Assembly: GCA_963674745.2 (NCBI GenBank)
Contig: CAXXDV010000003.1
Coordinates: forward strand, 2,144,001-2,208,000
Origin: Desulfosudaceae bacterium
GTDB taxonomy: Bacteria; Desulfobacterota; Desulfobacteria; Desulfobacterales; Desulfosudaceae
DNA: 64,000 bases
Direction of reading: 5' to 3'
The position numbers were made by a program, and so were the translations under genes. This document shows, piece by piece, positions 28,734 through 39,858 of the stretch. The notes under the pieces are model-generated. The model was not told the origin of the DNA. It searched no databases and saw only the letters and a program-made list of their open reading frames with translations. Each line of letters opens with the position of its first letter. The stretch's first letter is position 1.

Positions 28734-30839
28734 TTGAAAAAACGATATTATCCGGATAAATCCGGACGGAAATCGCCGGCCGCGGCCAAGTTCGCCAGGA
28801 AAAAGACGCCCCGGCAGCGGCTCAAACCCGGCAGTGATCCTAAATTGAAGGCCGTATTTTCGATTATCGGCATTCCGGAAACAGCCGACTGGGTTCCGGA
28901 CGCTTTTCAGTTAAAAGCCATTTCCGCTGTAAAAAACACCGATTGTATCGTGACCGCGCCGACCGGCGCGGGTAAAACATGGATCGCCGAACAGGTGATT
29001 GTCCGCATGCTGGAAAGCGGCAAAAAAACCTGGTATGCCTCACCCTTAAAGGCCTTGAGCAATGCCATTTTTGAGGCTTTTTGCAACCAGTTCGGCCCCG
29101 AAAACACCGGCATCCTGACCGGTGACAGAAAGGAAAACCCGAACGCCCCCATCATTATCGGTACCACCGAAATATTGCGCAACCAGTTGTATGACTCCAT
29201 GCACACCGGAGAAGACCTTGATACCGACATGGTCATCCTTGATGAAGCCCATTTCCTGGGTGACACCGAACGCGGCGTGGTCTGGGAAGAGACCATGATC
29301 TACCTGCCCCGTCGGATTCCATTGCTGCTGCTCTCCGCCACCATCGGCAACCCCGACGAGATCGCCGGCTGGTTGTCGACCATCAGGGAAAAGCCCTGTG
29401 AGGTTGTCAAGGAAACGAAACGACCGGTAAAGCTGTACCCCCTTTTTCTTCATCCCACGGGAACGCTGTTCCCCCTGATGACGGAAACCGGCCAATCCGG
29501 AAAACGGGAGCTTTACAAAAAAGCGTTACGGGCACTGCAGTCGGACACCGTAAAAAAGACATCGTTCAGGGGATTACCGCCCATGAACGAAATTCTCCGC
29601 GTGCTCAGGCGTTATAATCTGCTGCCGGCCATTTTTTTCATGAAATCAAGGTCCGACTGTGACAGGGCGCTGGAACTATGCGACGGGGCCGGCCTTGATA
29701 AAACGCCGGATCGCAAAATGTTACTGGCCGAGACCATCAGTGACATTATCGCCAGAAACCCCTACCTGGCCAAACATAAACAACTGCATTACATCCGGGA
29801 CAGAGCGGTAGCGGCCCATCACAGCGGCCATCTTCCCATATGGAAAAAGACCGCTGAGCAGTTCATGAACAGCGGGCTGCTCGATGCCGTGTTCGCGACA
29901 TCCACGGTTGCCGCCGGCGTCAATTTTCCGGCCAGAAGTGTGGTGATTTTCAATTCCGACCGCTTTAACGGCAAAGAATTCATGCCGCTGTCATCCATTG
30001 AATTTCACCAGATGACCGGCCGTGCCGGCAGAAGGGGAATGGACAATATCGGTTTCGCAGTCATGGTTCCCGGGAAATTCATGGACATCAAACACGTCGC
30101 CAGACTGATCAACTCAACGCCTTCGGGCATCAACAGCCAGATCCGGATCAATTTCTCCATGACGCTCAACCTTCTGCTGGCATTGTCCCTGGATCAGATC
30201 AAAAACCTGCTGCAACACTCGTTCGCCCGTTATCAGCAGGAGCGTTCCCTGCACGCCGACCAGAAACCGGCGACCGACTTATGGCAGGACCTTCTGGATC
30301 ATATTGATTTTTTACATGAAACCGGTTACGCGGAGGCCGGCGGCCGGCTCACGGATGACGGGCAATGGGCTTCCCAGTTGCGGGTGGACCACCCCCTGAT
30401 GATTGCCGAGGGGTTTCGCCTGGGGCTTTTTCCGGAATCCGATCCGGCCCTGATTGCGGCCATTATTGCTTCTTTTGTTAATGAACGCCAGACCGACGAC
30501 CCTTCCAGGAGACCGGAAAATATCCCCCGGAAGCTGCGTTCGGCCTTTTCCCGGGTGAAAAACAAACTGACACCTTTCTTAAAACACATGACACACTGTG
30601 GATTTGTCCCCTCGGAACTGCACCTGGCCCCGGCCATCGCCATTTACAGGTGGTCGACCGGAACGGCCTGGGAAAAGGTCGTCAAAGAAGCCGGTATAGA
30701 AGAAGGTGACCTGGCCAACCTTGTTTTCCGTACGGCCGACAACCTGCGGCATATTGCCTCCCTGAAGCATGTTTTTCCGAATGAGGCCATGGCCGCCAGC
30801 CAGGCCGTGGATATGATCATTAAGGAACCGCTGGTATAA
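28734..30839 (+). CDS. Ski2/HelY-like DEAH-box helicase
   Basis: APTGAGKT, PLKALSN, DEAH, LSAT, QMTGRAGRRG, C-terminal EEGDL (DSHCT-like). Confidence 0.92.
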   Translation: MKKRYYPDKSGRKSPAAAKFARKKTPRQRLKPGSDPKLKAVFSIIGIPETADWVPDAFQLKAISAVKNTDCIVTAPTGAGKTWIAEQVIVRMLESGKKTWYASPLKALSNAIFEAFCNQFGPENTGILTGDRKENPNAPIIIGTTEILRNQLYDSMHTGEDLDTDMVILDEAHFLGDTERGVVWEETMIYLPRRIPLLLLSATIGNPDEIAGWLSTIREKPCEVVKETKRPVKLYPLFLHPTGTLFPLMTETGQSGKRELYKKALRALQSDTVKKTSFRGLPPMNEILRVLRRYNLLPAIFFMKSRSDCDRALELCDGAGLDKTPDRKMLLAETISDIIARNPYLAKHKQLHYIRDRAVAAHHSGHLPIWKKTAEQFMNSGLLDAVFATSTVAAGVNFPARSVVIFNSDRFNGKEFMPLSSIEFHQMTGRAGRRGMDNIGFAVMVPGKFMDIKHVARLINSTPSGINSQIRINFSMTLNLLLALSLDQIKNLLQHSFARYQQERSLHADQKPATDLWQDLLDHIDFLHETGYAEAGGRLTDDGQWASQLRVDHPLMIAEGFRLGLFPESDPALIAAIIASFVNERQTDDPSRRPENIPRKLRSAFSRVKNKLTPFLKHMTHCGFVPSELHLAPAIAIYRWSTGTAWEKVVKEAGIEEGDLANLVFRTADNLRHIASLKHVFPNEAMAASQAVDMIIKEPLV

Positions 30840-30840
30840 C

Positions 30841-30947
30841 GGGTTTGGGGTTCGAGGTCGAGGTTCAGGGTTCAGGGTTCGGCCGTAGGGGCACGGCGCG
30901 CCGTGCCCTTACAGGCGGGTGGCACGGGTTCAGGTTCGAGGGGCGCT
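30841..30947. repeat. GGTTCRR heptamer run plus GTAG REP palindrome
   Basis: GTAGGGGCACGGCGCGCCGTGCCCTTAC at 30885-30912. Confidence 0.88.
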
Positions 30948-30957
30948 GAATGACACG

Positions 30958-32034
30958 ATGAAGCCATTCTTATCGACAAAATATATTCAAACAGCAGTTA
31001 TTGTATTTTTCCTGCTGGCGTCTACATGCCTGCCCGTCGGGGCCGGGACCATAAAGGTTGCCACCTATAACGTCAACAACCTGTTTGATGCCGTGGCTGA
31101 CGGGACCGAATATCCGGATTATGACCCCCGGGGCCCGTATGGCTGGGACCGGAATATGGCCGACATCAAAGCGGCCAATATCGCCCGGGTACTGACCGAA
31201 CTGAAGGCCGACATCGTCTGCCTGCAGGAAGTGGAATCCCGACGGGCACTGGCCCTGCTCCTGGCCAGGCTGAGACGAAATAACGTCATCTATCCTTTTT
31301 CCGCTATTGCCGACAACGCCCGGACGACGGTTAAGTGCGCCCTTGTTTCAAACTGTCCGATTATTGACAAGCAGGAAATATCCCCCGGCAAAGACATGAG
31401 AAACATCCTTCAGGTCACGGTCAAACAGGACCGGCACCCGTTGGTCCTTTTTGTCAATCACTGGAAGTCGAAACAGGGACCGGAAAGCCGGCGCATCGTT
31501 TACGCCAGGGCATTGAAATCAGCCGTTGACCGGCTTGACCCGGGGACGGATTACATTATTGCCGGCGATTTTAACACCAACTATGACGAATTTATCTCCA
31601 TCGCCGGGAATGACCGCCTGAACGACACCAACGGCCAGACCGGTATCAACCATATCCTCGGCACCATTAAGCATAACCGGCTGGTCATGGAAAAAGACCT
31701 CAAACACCCGGAACGGGACACAAAACACTACAACCTCTGGCTGGAACTGCCGCCGTACCGGAGATGGTCCTATAATTTTTTCGGCCGCAAAAACAGCCTG
31801 GACAGTCTTATTCTTCCCGCAAGCCTTTATGATGACAAAGGGTTTTCCTATATTGACGACTCTTTCGACCGGTTTGTGCCCGGCTTTCTGTTCGATCACA
31901 GGGGCGCCATTTTTCGCTGGCAACAGGCTGACAAGGGCCGGGGCAGGCATCTGGGGAAAGGTTATTCAGACCATCTGCCGATTTTTGCCCTGTTTTCCAC
32001 TGAACCAGTGCCATCAAAACAGACCCATCCGTGA
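30958..32034 (+). CDS. exported endonuclease/exonuclease/phosphatase-family protein
   Basis: Signal peptide; ATYNVNNLFD, LQEVE, NHWKS, AGDFN, YSDHLP. Confidence 0.9.
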   Translation: MKPFLSTKYIQTAVIVFFLLASTCLPVGAGTIKVATYNVNNLFDAVADGTEYPDYDPRGPYGWDRNMADIKAANIARVLTELKADIVCLQEVESRRALALLLARLRRNNVIYPFSAIADNARTTVKCALVSNCPIIDKQEISPGKDMRNILQVTVKQDRHPLVLFVNHWKSKQGPESRRIVYARALKSAVDRLDPGTDYIIAGDFNTNYDEFISIAGNDRLNDTNGQTGINHILGTIKHNRLVMEKDLKHPERDTKHYNLWLELPPYRRWSYNFFGRKNSLDSLILPASLYDDKGFSYIDDSFDRFVPGFLFDHRGAIFRWQQADKGRGRHLGKGYSDHLPIFALFSTEPVPSKQTHP

Positions 32035-32040
32035 ACCCGT

Positions 32041-33093
32041 ATGACAACCTACCTGTCAAAACTGATAGAAAACCGGAATTTTCAGCAACTGGCGGCCCTG
32101 AAACCGGAAGGGATCTGCCCTTTCCTAAATTATACGATCTCGCCTTATGTGTTCACCCTGGCCAATCAAGGCTGGTTTTCATGGATCAAGCGGACAACTG
32201 ATCCCACTGACCGGGAACCGCCGCTGATAAAAAAACCAAAAGACAAAAAGACCAATCGCTTGTTTAAGAACGAAGTGCTGGTCAGGTGTCCCAATCCGAA
32301 ACGCAATGTTATCGCCGGTATCGGGCCGTGGGAAAAGGATCAGATCGCCGTCCGTATTCTGCATGGAAGCGGTGAATGCCCTTTTCATCATCAGTCGGGC
32401 CAGCTGATCATTCAGACAATTGCTGCCGGACAGCAGTCTTTGGACTACTCCCGGCTGTTTCCCGAAGTGCTGCTGGAAGCCATGTCGGAAACGTCCGCAG
32501 AAGAAGCAATCGGGCTGTTTAATACCGGCCGCGTAAAATCAATCTCCCCGGTCAATATCATCAACCCCTGCCGCTTTCACAATCACCCGGTCGTTTATGA
32601 CGCCCGGAGTCTGCTGCCGGACGATTGCTGCCCCCATGTCTTTCAACAGATCTATCCCCATATCCTGGCGATCATGTATGAGGCCGCTGTTCACCGGCGG
32701 GTCTCCATTCAACATCCCGGAGACAGCACTGACCTGACCATAAAACTGGAAAAAAGGCTTCGAAAGCGGCCCCGCCTGATAAAACAGCTGGCAGATGGTT
32801 TTTATCGTCTCTACGGTCATTTTTTTCATCCCCTGGAGCGGCTGGATTATAACTTTTTCCTGACGGTTACCGACGGTAATCCCGGTATCGGCTGTTCCAT
32901 GCATCAGGGACGCCGGATGACCATTAACCTGCACAGCCCTGATTTTCTATGCCCGGCCGGACTCCACGCTGTCTACCCCTACCTGATGATGGCGGCTGCC
33001 GGCACGCAGATGGACTGGGGAGGAGATATTTCCGAAAACCGCATCCCCTGCCCGGACTGCGCCGGCATTGTTTACGGAATTGAAACCACTTAG
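32041..33093 (+). CDS. Cys-rich protein with repeated TIGR04076-like modules
   Basis: Recurring CP...(Y/S)P segments (GICPFLNYTISPY, CCPHVFQQIYPH, LCPAGLHAVYPY) and CPNP/CPDC ends. Confidence 0.55.
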   Translation: MTTYLSKLIENRNFQQLAALKPEGICPFLNYTISPYVFTLANQGWFSWIKRTTDPTDREPPLIKKPKDKKTNRLFKNEVLVRCPNPKRNVIAGIGPWEKDQIAVRILHGSGECPFHHQSGQLIIQTIAAGQQSLDYSRLFPEVLLEAMSETSAEEAIGLFNTGRVKSISPVNIINPCRFHNHPVVYDARSLLPDDCCPHVFQQIYPHILAIMYEAAVHRRVSIQHPGDSTDLTIKLEKRLRKRPRLIKQLADGFYRLYGHFFHPLERLDYNFFLTVTDGNPGIGCSMHQGRRMTINLHSPDFLCPAGLHAVYPYLMMAAAGTQMDWGGDISENRIPCPDCAGIVYGIETT

Positions 33094-33333
33094 GGTTCAA
33101 AGCGTCGAGGATTCAAAGGGTTGAGGTTCGAGGTTTGGGGTAACCCGGGGATATTGTAGGGACGGCCCCCCGTGCCTGCCCGGCAAAAGGGCACCCACAG
33201 GGGGTGCCCCTACGTGTGTCAAGGCCCTGGGTTTATCTTGTTAAAATTGTTCGAGGTTCGGGGATAATGGTGGGTGTTGTAGGAGCGACCGGCGGTCGCC
33301 CGTGGGCTCAAAAACCGGCGGGTCGCCCGGGTT
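33094..33333. repeat. heptamer runs, GTAG REP doublet and a third REP
   Basis: GTAGGGACGGCCCCCCGTGCCTGCCC (33156-33181), inverted GGGCACCCACAGGGGGTGCCCCTAC (33189-33213), GTAGGAGCGACCGGCGGTCGCCC (33279-33301). Confidence 0.85.
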
Positions 33334-36300
33334 TCAAAAGCGTTTGCCGCCGTTGCCCCTGAATCCGTTTCGTCTTGGTTTTCTCTTTTGGCCCCACTGC
33401 TCCGCGCCGGGTAACAACTGGCAACCGGCACGAACCGATTTATAGCCGAGCAGGGCCTCGACCCGGTCCGACAGGACCGTGCCCGGCGACAACTTCAGGG
33501 TTTCAGGCAGCGCAATCACTGTTTCCTGCTTTCCGGCAGATACCAGATGCAGAAATCCCTTACAGGTCCCCGCGTTTTCGTCAAAAATGGTTTTCAGTTC
33601 CGACAGCATTTCCCTGGTGGTAATTTCGGTATCAATCGTGCAGTGCACACTGGGCTGCCAGGCTTCACTCGCTTTTTCAATGGGCACAATACGTTCGGCC
33701 TGGAGCGTAACGGCCGACTCGGACTTTTCCAGGTTCCCTTCCACGAAAACCGGTGCGTCTTCAACCAGCAAATCTGCCACCAGCTTGAAAAGGGTGGGAA
33801 AAACAATCACCCGCAACGGGCCATAAATATCCTCAATAGAGATGTCGGCCATCAACAGGTCTTTTTTGGTCCGCTTGCGATTCACCGTGGTAATGGTGCC
33901 GCCGATGATCACATGGGCTTTGTCTTTCATCTCCCGGATGCCGACCGAATCGGCATTGGCGTATCTGGCCAGCTGATCCCTGTAATTGGAAAGCGGGTGC
34001 CCGGTCACATAAAAGCCCAGGGCTTCTTTTTCAAAAGTAAGTCGTTGTTTTTCAGACCATTCCGGGATATCCGGGAGAACCGGCGCGTTAATGGTTGTCT
34101 GGGTTTCTTCCAGATCAAAAAACGTCATCTGGGCATCCGCGCGTTCACGCTGGATTGTCTGACCGTGGGACAGGGCATCCTCGGCAGCCGCCATCATCGG
34201 TGCCCGTTCCGCACCGGTTGAATCAAAGGCGCCGCACTTGATCAGGCTTTCCACCACTTTTTTATTTACCTTGGCCAGGCTGACACGTTCACAAAAATCA
34301 AACAGTGAAAGATAGCGCCCATTATTCTCCCGTTCTTCGACCAGCACTTCGATAGCGGCTTCACCCACATTCTTGACCGCCAGCAGACCGAAACGGATAC
34401 GGCCGTCGATAACGGTAAACCGTTTCTCGCTTTCATTGATATCCGGCGGAAGAATCTCAATCCCGGCGGTACGGCACTCGGCAATAAACTTGACCACGTC
34501 ATCCGGATGGGCCATGGCACTGGTCAACAGGGCGGCCATGAATTCCACCGGAAAATGCGCCTTTAAGTAAGCTGTCTGGTAGGCGATCAGGGCGTATGCG
34601 GCGCTGTGAGACTTGTTAAACCCGTACCCCCCGAAGTATTCCATCTGCCCGTATATATCCCGGGCGATATTCTCACTGATGCCGTTCTTGACCGCGCCGG
34701 ACACAAAAATATTGCAGTGCTCGGCCATCTTTTCCATATTTTTCTTGCCCATGGCCTTGCGGAGGTCATCGGCCGAACCCATGCTGTAGCCGCCCAGCGA
34801 CTGGGCGATCTTCATCACCTGTTCCTGGTACAGGATCACACCGTAGGTTTCTTTCAGAATCGGTCCCAACTCAGGCGCGAGATATTCAACCTTTTTACGT
34901 CCGTGTTTTCTTTCAATAAAATCTTCAATCATACCGCTGCCCAGCGGGCCCGGCCGATACAACGCCACCAGGGCGACGACATCCGAGAAAACGGCCGGTT
35001 TCATCTTGACCAGGATTTCCTTCATGCCGGAACTTTCAAGCTGGAATACACCGGTGGTATCCCCCCGGGAAAGCAACTGATAGGTCAATTCATCATCCAG
35101 TTTCAGACGGGACATATCAGGCGCATCCTGGCCCTGCCCCGATATCAGGGTAAGGGCGTCCTGAATCACCGTGAGATTGCGCAACCCCAGCAGGTCCAGC
35201 TTGACCAGTCCGATGCTTTCAACGCACTTCATATCAAACTGGGTGGACACCTCCCCTTCTTTCACTGAATACAGCGGCAGGTAAGTCGACAACGGTTTGT
35301 CTCCGATCACCACCCCGGCCGCATGGGTCGAAGCGTGCCGCGGCAGCCCTTCCAAGGCTTGACCGGCTTTCATCAACTCACCGAATTCGGATTTGGATGC
35401 GATCATGTCCTTGAGCGCGGGTTCCTTTTTCATGGCATCTTCAAGGTCGTCGCTGTCAGGGGGTATCAACTTGGCAATGGCGTCGACTTCATAAAGCGGA
35501 ATATCCAGCACCCGTCCCACATCCCGGATGGCAGCCCGGCTTTTCATGGAACCGAAGGTAATAATATGGGCCACAAACTCCTCGCCCCGTATTTTTCCAC
35601 CAGGTACTTATAAACGCGATCCCGGCCGTTGATGCAGATGTCCACGTCAATATCCGGCATGCTCTTGCGTTCGGGGTTGAGAAACCGTTCAAACAACAGC
35701 CCATGCTCGATGGGATCAAGGTCGGTGATTTTCAGACAGTATGACACCAGGCTGCCTGCGGCCGACCCGCGGCCGGGACCGATGGGAATGCCATTGTTTT
35801 TGGCAAATTCGATAAAATCCGATACGATCATGAAATATCCCGGAAACTCCATATTTTTAATAACGGATATCTCATATATCAACCGCTCTTTATAAACCTG
35901 CTCGTCAGCCCCGGGATTATTGACCTGGATGCTCTTTTTCCTTTGTTCAAAACCGGCCCATACTTTTTCTTCAAAATAATCTTCGATTGATTTGTTTTCA
36001 GGGGTCTCAAAGCGTGGAAAATGGAGGGTTTTAAAATCAAGCTCGACATTGCATCGCCGTGCGATTTCTACCGTATTGTCGGCCGCCTGCGGAAAACTTT
36101 CCAGAAAAGCCCGCATTTCGTGGCCGGGCTTGAAATTAAGCTGATTGGTCTCAAACTTCATGCGATCGGTGTCATAAATGGTTTTCCCGGTCTGCAGGCA
36201 TAAAAACAATTCATGCATGCCGCTGTCCTCAGGATCCAGATAATGACAGTCATTGGTGCCCACCAGGGGTATTGAAATCCTCTGGCTCATGTCCCTTAAG

Positions 36301-36890
36301 GCATGGTTCAAGGTCTCCTGCTTGTCGATACCGTTGTTCTGGACTTCCAGAAAAAAGCGGTCTTCACCGAATATTTCGCAGAACGACCTGGCCGCGGCAT
36401 CGGCCTCATCGGTTCTGCCCTGCATCAGCAACTGGGGGACTTCTCCTCCCAGGCAGGCGGACAGACCGATCAGCCCTGAGCTGTATTCCCTCAGCACTTC
36501 CTTGTCGATCCGGGGTTTATGATAAAACCCCTTTAACGAAGAGAGGGTGACCAGACGGCAAAGGTGTCGATAGCCTTCCATATTTTCCGCCAGCAGCACC
36601 AGGTGGGAAAGTCCTTCGTGGTCCTGGGGGGTTTTATCGGCCATTGTTCGCGGTGCCAGGTAACATTCACAACCGATGATGGGCTTTATTCCGGCCTTTA
36701 CCGCCGCTTTGTAGAAATTGACCACGCCGAACATGTTGCCGTGATCGGTAATGGCCACTGACGTCATACCGTATTTTACGGCGCGTTTTACAAGGGATTT
36801 GAGACGGATGATACCGTCCAGAAGGCTGTATTCGGTATGGACGTGAAGATGGACGAAGTTCGCGGCTTCAGTTTGGGACATAGTTTCCAC
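33334..36890 (-). CDS. dnaE: DNA polymerase III alpha subunit, interrupted by a 1 bp frameshift (ORFs 35544-36890 and 33334-35574)
   Basis: N-part: [31 protein letters not shown]-part: [25 protein letters not shown] fold. Adding one G to the G4 run (35585-35588) restores [15 protein letters not shown] and a ~1185 aa protein. Confidence 0.95.
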
Positions 36891-36928
36891 AAAAAACTTT
36901 TGGGGGTTAACGGATAGTCCGTTTTTTA

Positions 36929-37490
36929 AGGTTTTAGAGTTTTAGGGTTTTAGGGTTTTAGGGTTTTGGTGATTATGTGGTTAAGTGGTTAAGTGTTTAA
37001 GTGGTTAAGTGTTTAAGTGGTTATGGGGTTATGGGGTTATGGGGTTATGTGTTTAAGTGGTTAAGTGGTTATGTGGTTATGGGGTTATGGGGTTATGTGG
37101 TTAAGTTAAAAACGGATTCGATCGTTTTTAAGTTAATCGAACTTGATCGTCTGGATGACTATCTGCAAAAGCATTTTTCCGGACAGCCTGTGTATAGACA
37201 AAATAATTTGCCGTTTGTGCCATATTGAATTGCAGGTTGATCTTCCCTGATGCAATCCCGCCGATCTGCCACGCCCCCTTAAACACGTAATCACTTAAGC
37301 ACCTAAACACAAGACACTTTAGAACCAATTGCTTAAATGCCAGGGCTGCACGAGCGCCGAACACTTAACCACTTAATCACATAAACACTTAAACACTTAA
37401 ACACATAATCACATAACCACTTAATCACATTATCCTTAAACGTCTAAGCAACCCAACGCCCCGACGCTTAAACATTTAATCACAAAACCA
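36929..37490. repeat. composite element copy A: 22 phased G-rich octamers, 174 bp core, inverted C-rich octamers
   Basis: 5 x (G/A)(G/A)GTTTT(A/G) plus 17 x G(T/G)G(G/A/T)TTA(A/T) at 36929-37104; core 37105-37278; (T/A)TAA(C/T/A)CAC units 37279-37490. Confidence 0.9.
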
Positions 37491-37504
37491 CCTGAGCCCG
37501 CCGC

Positions 37505-38965
37505 TTATTCAACCCGATAGTTGGGTGCCTCCTTCGTGATAATGACATCATGGACGTGGCTTTCCCGCAAGCCGGCGGCGCTGATCTTCACAAAGCGGCC
37601 TCTTTCCCTGAGTTCATCAATTGTCCTGCAGCCAAGGTATCCCATACCGGCCTTCAACCCGCCGATCAGCTGGATAATGTTGTTCCCAATGGTTCCCCGA
37701 TAGGGTACCCGGCCGACAATCCCCTCCGGGACCAGGAGCGTATCATCCACATCGTCCGTCTGATAGTACCTGTCCTTGCTGCCCTGTTTCATGGCCTCGA
37801 CCGAGCCCATTCCCCGGTACACCTTGTAACTCCGCCCCTGATAAAGGACCGTTTCCCCCGGACTTTCTTCGGTCCCGGCAAACAGGCCGCCGATCATAAC
37901 GGAATGTGCACCGGCCGCAATCGCCTTGGTCACATCACCGGAATATTTGATACCTCCGTCGGCAATCAGCGGCACACCCGACTTGTTGGATACGGATTTG
38001 CAGTTCATAATGGCCGACAACTGAGGCATGCCTACGCCCGCCACCACCCGGGTGGTGCATATCGACCCCGGGCCGACACCGATTTTAACACCGTCAACGC
38101 CGGCTTCGATCAGGGCTTCCGCCCCCTTACCCGTGCAGACATTACCGGCAATGACTTCCGCATTTTTAAAATCGCCTTTAACCATCTGAACGGTTTTAAT
38201 AACGTTTTGCGAATGACCGTGGGAAGTATCAATAACGAGGACATCCGCACCGACATTCAACAGTGCTTCCACCCGCTGGGGTGTATCTTTGCTGACGCCA
38301 ATGGCGGCACCCACGCGAAGCCGGCCCAGATTGTCCTTGCAGGCCTGGGGAAATTTTTTCACTTTTTCAATATCCTTCATGGTAATCATGCCGACCAGGC
38401 CGCCGGACTTGTCCACCACCAGCAGCTTTTCAATTTTATGCTGATGAAGCAGTTCCTTGGACTCTTCCAGGGTGATGCCTTCCGGAACGGTCACCAGGTT
38501 TTCGCTGGTCATGACTTCGGACACTTTCCTTTCAAGATCGTTTTCAAAACGCAAGTCCCGGTTGGTCACGATGCCCACCAGCCGGCTGCCCTGGGTCACC
38601 GGCACACCGGAAATGTTATACTCACGCATCGTTTTCAACACACTGCTGATCGGCAAATCCGGAGAGGTGGTCACCGGGTTGACGATCATGCCGCTTTCTG
38701 ATTTTTTCACACGGCCGACCTCAAGGGCCTGCTGTTCAATACTCAGATTTCGATGAATAAAGCCGATACCCCCTGCCCGGGCCATACTGATGGCGGTTGC
38801 CGACTCAGTGACGGTATCCATGGCCGCACTGACAATGGGAATATTCAGTGAAATATTTTTAGTCAGATGGGTGGCGGTAACAACATTTTCCGGCAGCACA
38901 TCTGAATAGCCGGGAATCAACAGAACATCATCAAATGAATAAGCTTCATCAGGGGATATTTTCAT
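37505..38965 (-). CDS. guaB: IMP dehydrogenase
   Basis: [11 protein letters not shown] pair, [31 protein letters not shown] before the ATG at 38965. Confidence 0.98.
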   Translation of the reverse strand: MKISPDEAYSFDDVLLIPGYSDVLPENVVTATHLTKNISLNIPIVSAAMDTVTESATAISMARAGGIGFIHRNLSIEQQALEVGRVKKSESGMIVNPVTTSPDLPISSVLKTMREYNISGVPVTQGSRLVGIVTNRDLRFENDLERKVSEVMTSENLVTVPEGITLEESKELLHQHKIEKLLVVDKSGGLVGMITMKDIEKVKKFPQACKDNLGRLRVGAAIGVSKDTPQRVEALLNVGADVLVIDTSHGHSQNVIKTVQMVKGDFKNAEVIAGNVCTGKGAEALIEAGVDGVKIGVGPGSICTTRVVAGVGMPQLSAIMNCKSVSNKSGVPLIADGGIKYSGDVTKAIAAGAHSVMIGGLFAGTEESPGETVLYQGRSYKVYRGMGSVEAMKQGSKDRYYQTDDVDDTLLVPEGIVGRVPYRGTIGNNIIQLIGGLKAGMGYLGCRTIDELRERGRFVKISAAGLRESHVHDVIITKEAPNYRVE

Positions 38966-39187
38966 AATCTTTGAACCTCCGAACATACTGTTATTATAAC
39001 GAAATCGTCGCAGAGTTGCGCGCACACAATAAAAAGCGACCTTCTGAAAGAAGCATTTTACATCAAATAACAAAAGATAATTTACTTTACAATCTTTTTT
39101 ATTTAAGGTTTTATGGCCGAATTAAAGAAAAAAGACGATAGCGCCTGGACCTGAAACAAAAAATCAACCGACAACGGACCGAACGAC

Positions 39188-39796
39188 ATGATTTTTCGTA
39201 TTAACCCGGATAACCCTCAGAAACGACTTATTAATAAAGTAGTGGAGATCCTGCGTGAAGGCGGCATAATCGCTTATCCCACGGATACCTTTTACGGCAT
39301 CGGGTGCGATATTACCTGCAAAAAAAGTGTGGAAAAAATTTACAACATGAAACAGCGCACCCGTACCAAACCATTCAGTTTTATCTGCAGTGACCTGAAA
39401 AACATCAGCCAGTACGCCAAGGTGAGCAATTACGCTTACAAAACCATGAAACGGTTGTTACCAGGGCCCTATACCTTTATCCTGGAAGGTTCACGACCAC
39501 TTCCGCGAATTATGGTTTCCAAGCGCAAAACAGCCGGTATTCGCGTGCCCAACCATAAAATATGTATTGATATTGTACGGGAACTGGGCAATCCCATTAT
39601 CTCGACCAGTGCCACCAGTCCGGATAAAACCGTGTTTGATGATCCTTCTTTTATTGATGAACACTACGGTCACCAGATCGATGTGGTCATCGACGGCGGT
39701 CCGGTACCGTCAAAGCCCTCGAGCGTTATCTCACTGATTGGTGATGAACCGGAAGTGATCCGCGAAGGGCTCGGGGATGTGAGCATATTTGTTTGA
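39188..39796 (+). CDS. Sua5/YciO/YrdC-family protein (YciO-like; threonylcarbamoyl-AMP synthase fold)
   Basis: AYPTDTFYGIGC, KQR...KP, PGPYTFIL, GIRVP, STSA, IREGLG. Confidence 0.9.
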   Translation: MIFRINPDNPQKRLINKVVEILREGGIIAYPTDTFYGIGCDITCKKSVEKIYNMKQRTRTKPFSFICSDLKNISQYAKVSNYAYKTMKRLLPGPYTFILEGSRPLPRIMVSKRKTAGIRVPNHKICIDIVRELGNPIISTSATSPDKTVFDDPSFIDEHYGHQIDVVIDGGPVPSKPSSVISLIGDEPEVIREGLGDVSIFV

Positions 39797-39858
39797 GGCC
39801 AGGCTCCGGATAAAGTACTGCAAAGCTAGAAGCCATTATGTCATAACAAACGTTTTAG

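Noticed and set aside
28734..32034. Helicase plus nuclease anti-phage system
   Set aside because: The helicase is a HelY/Ski2-type housekeeping enzyme, the nuclease has a signal peptide, a REP mosaic separates them, and there is no defence-island context.
33334..36890. Intein-mediated split DnaE as in cyanobacteria
   Set aside because: No intein N- or C-terminal motifs and no extra sequence; the halves join with a single added base.
36929..36968. Eukaryotic telomere contamination (TTTTAGGG)
   Set aside because: Only a few degenerate units, in phase with a repeat family found at many intergenic sites between clearly bacterial genes.
37001..37364. Small ORFs 37001-37228 (+) and 37128-37364 (-), also 39883-40074 and 27805-27999
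   Set aside because: They are translations of repeat arrays; the two core copies differ by indels and non-synonymous changes and share no preserved frame.
36929..37490. CRISPR array
   Set aside because: Units are 8 bp and contiguous with no unique spacers, and no cas gene is present.
37550..38701. 383 aa plus-strand ORF
   Set aside because: Antisense shadow of guaB.
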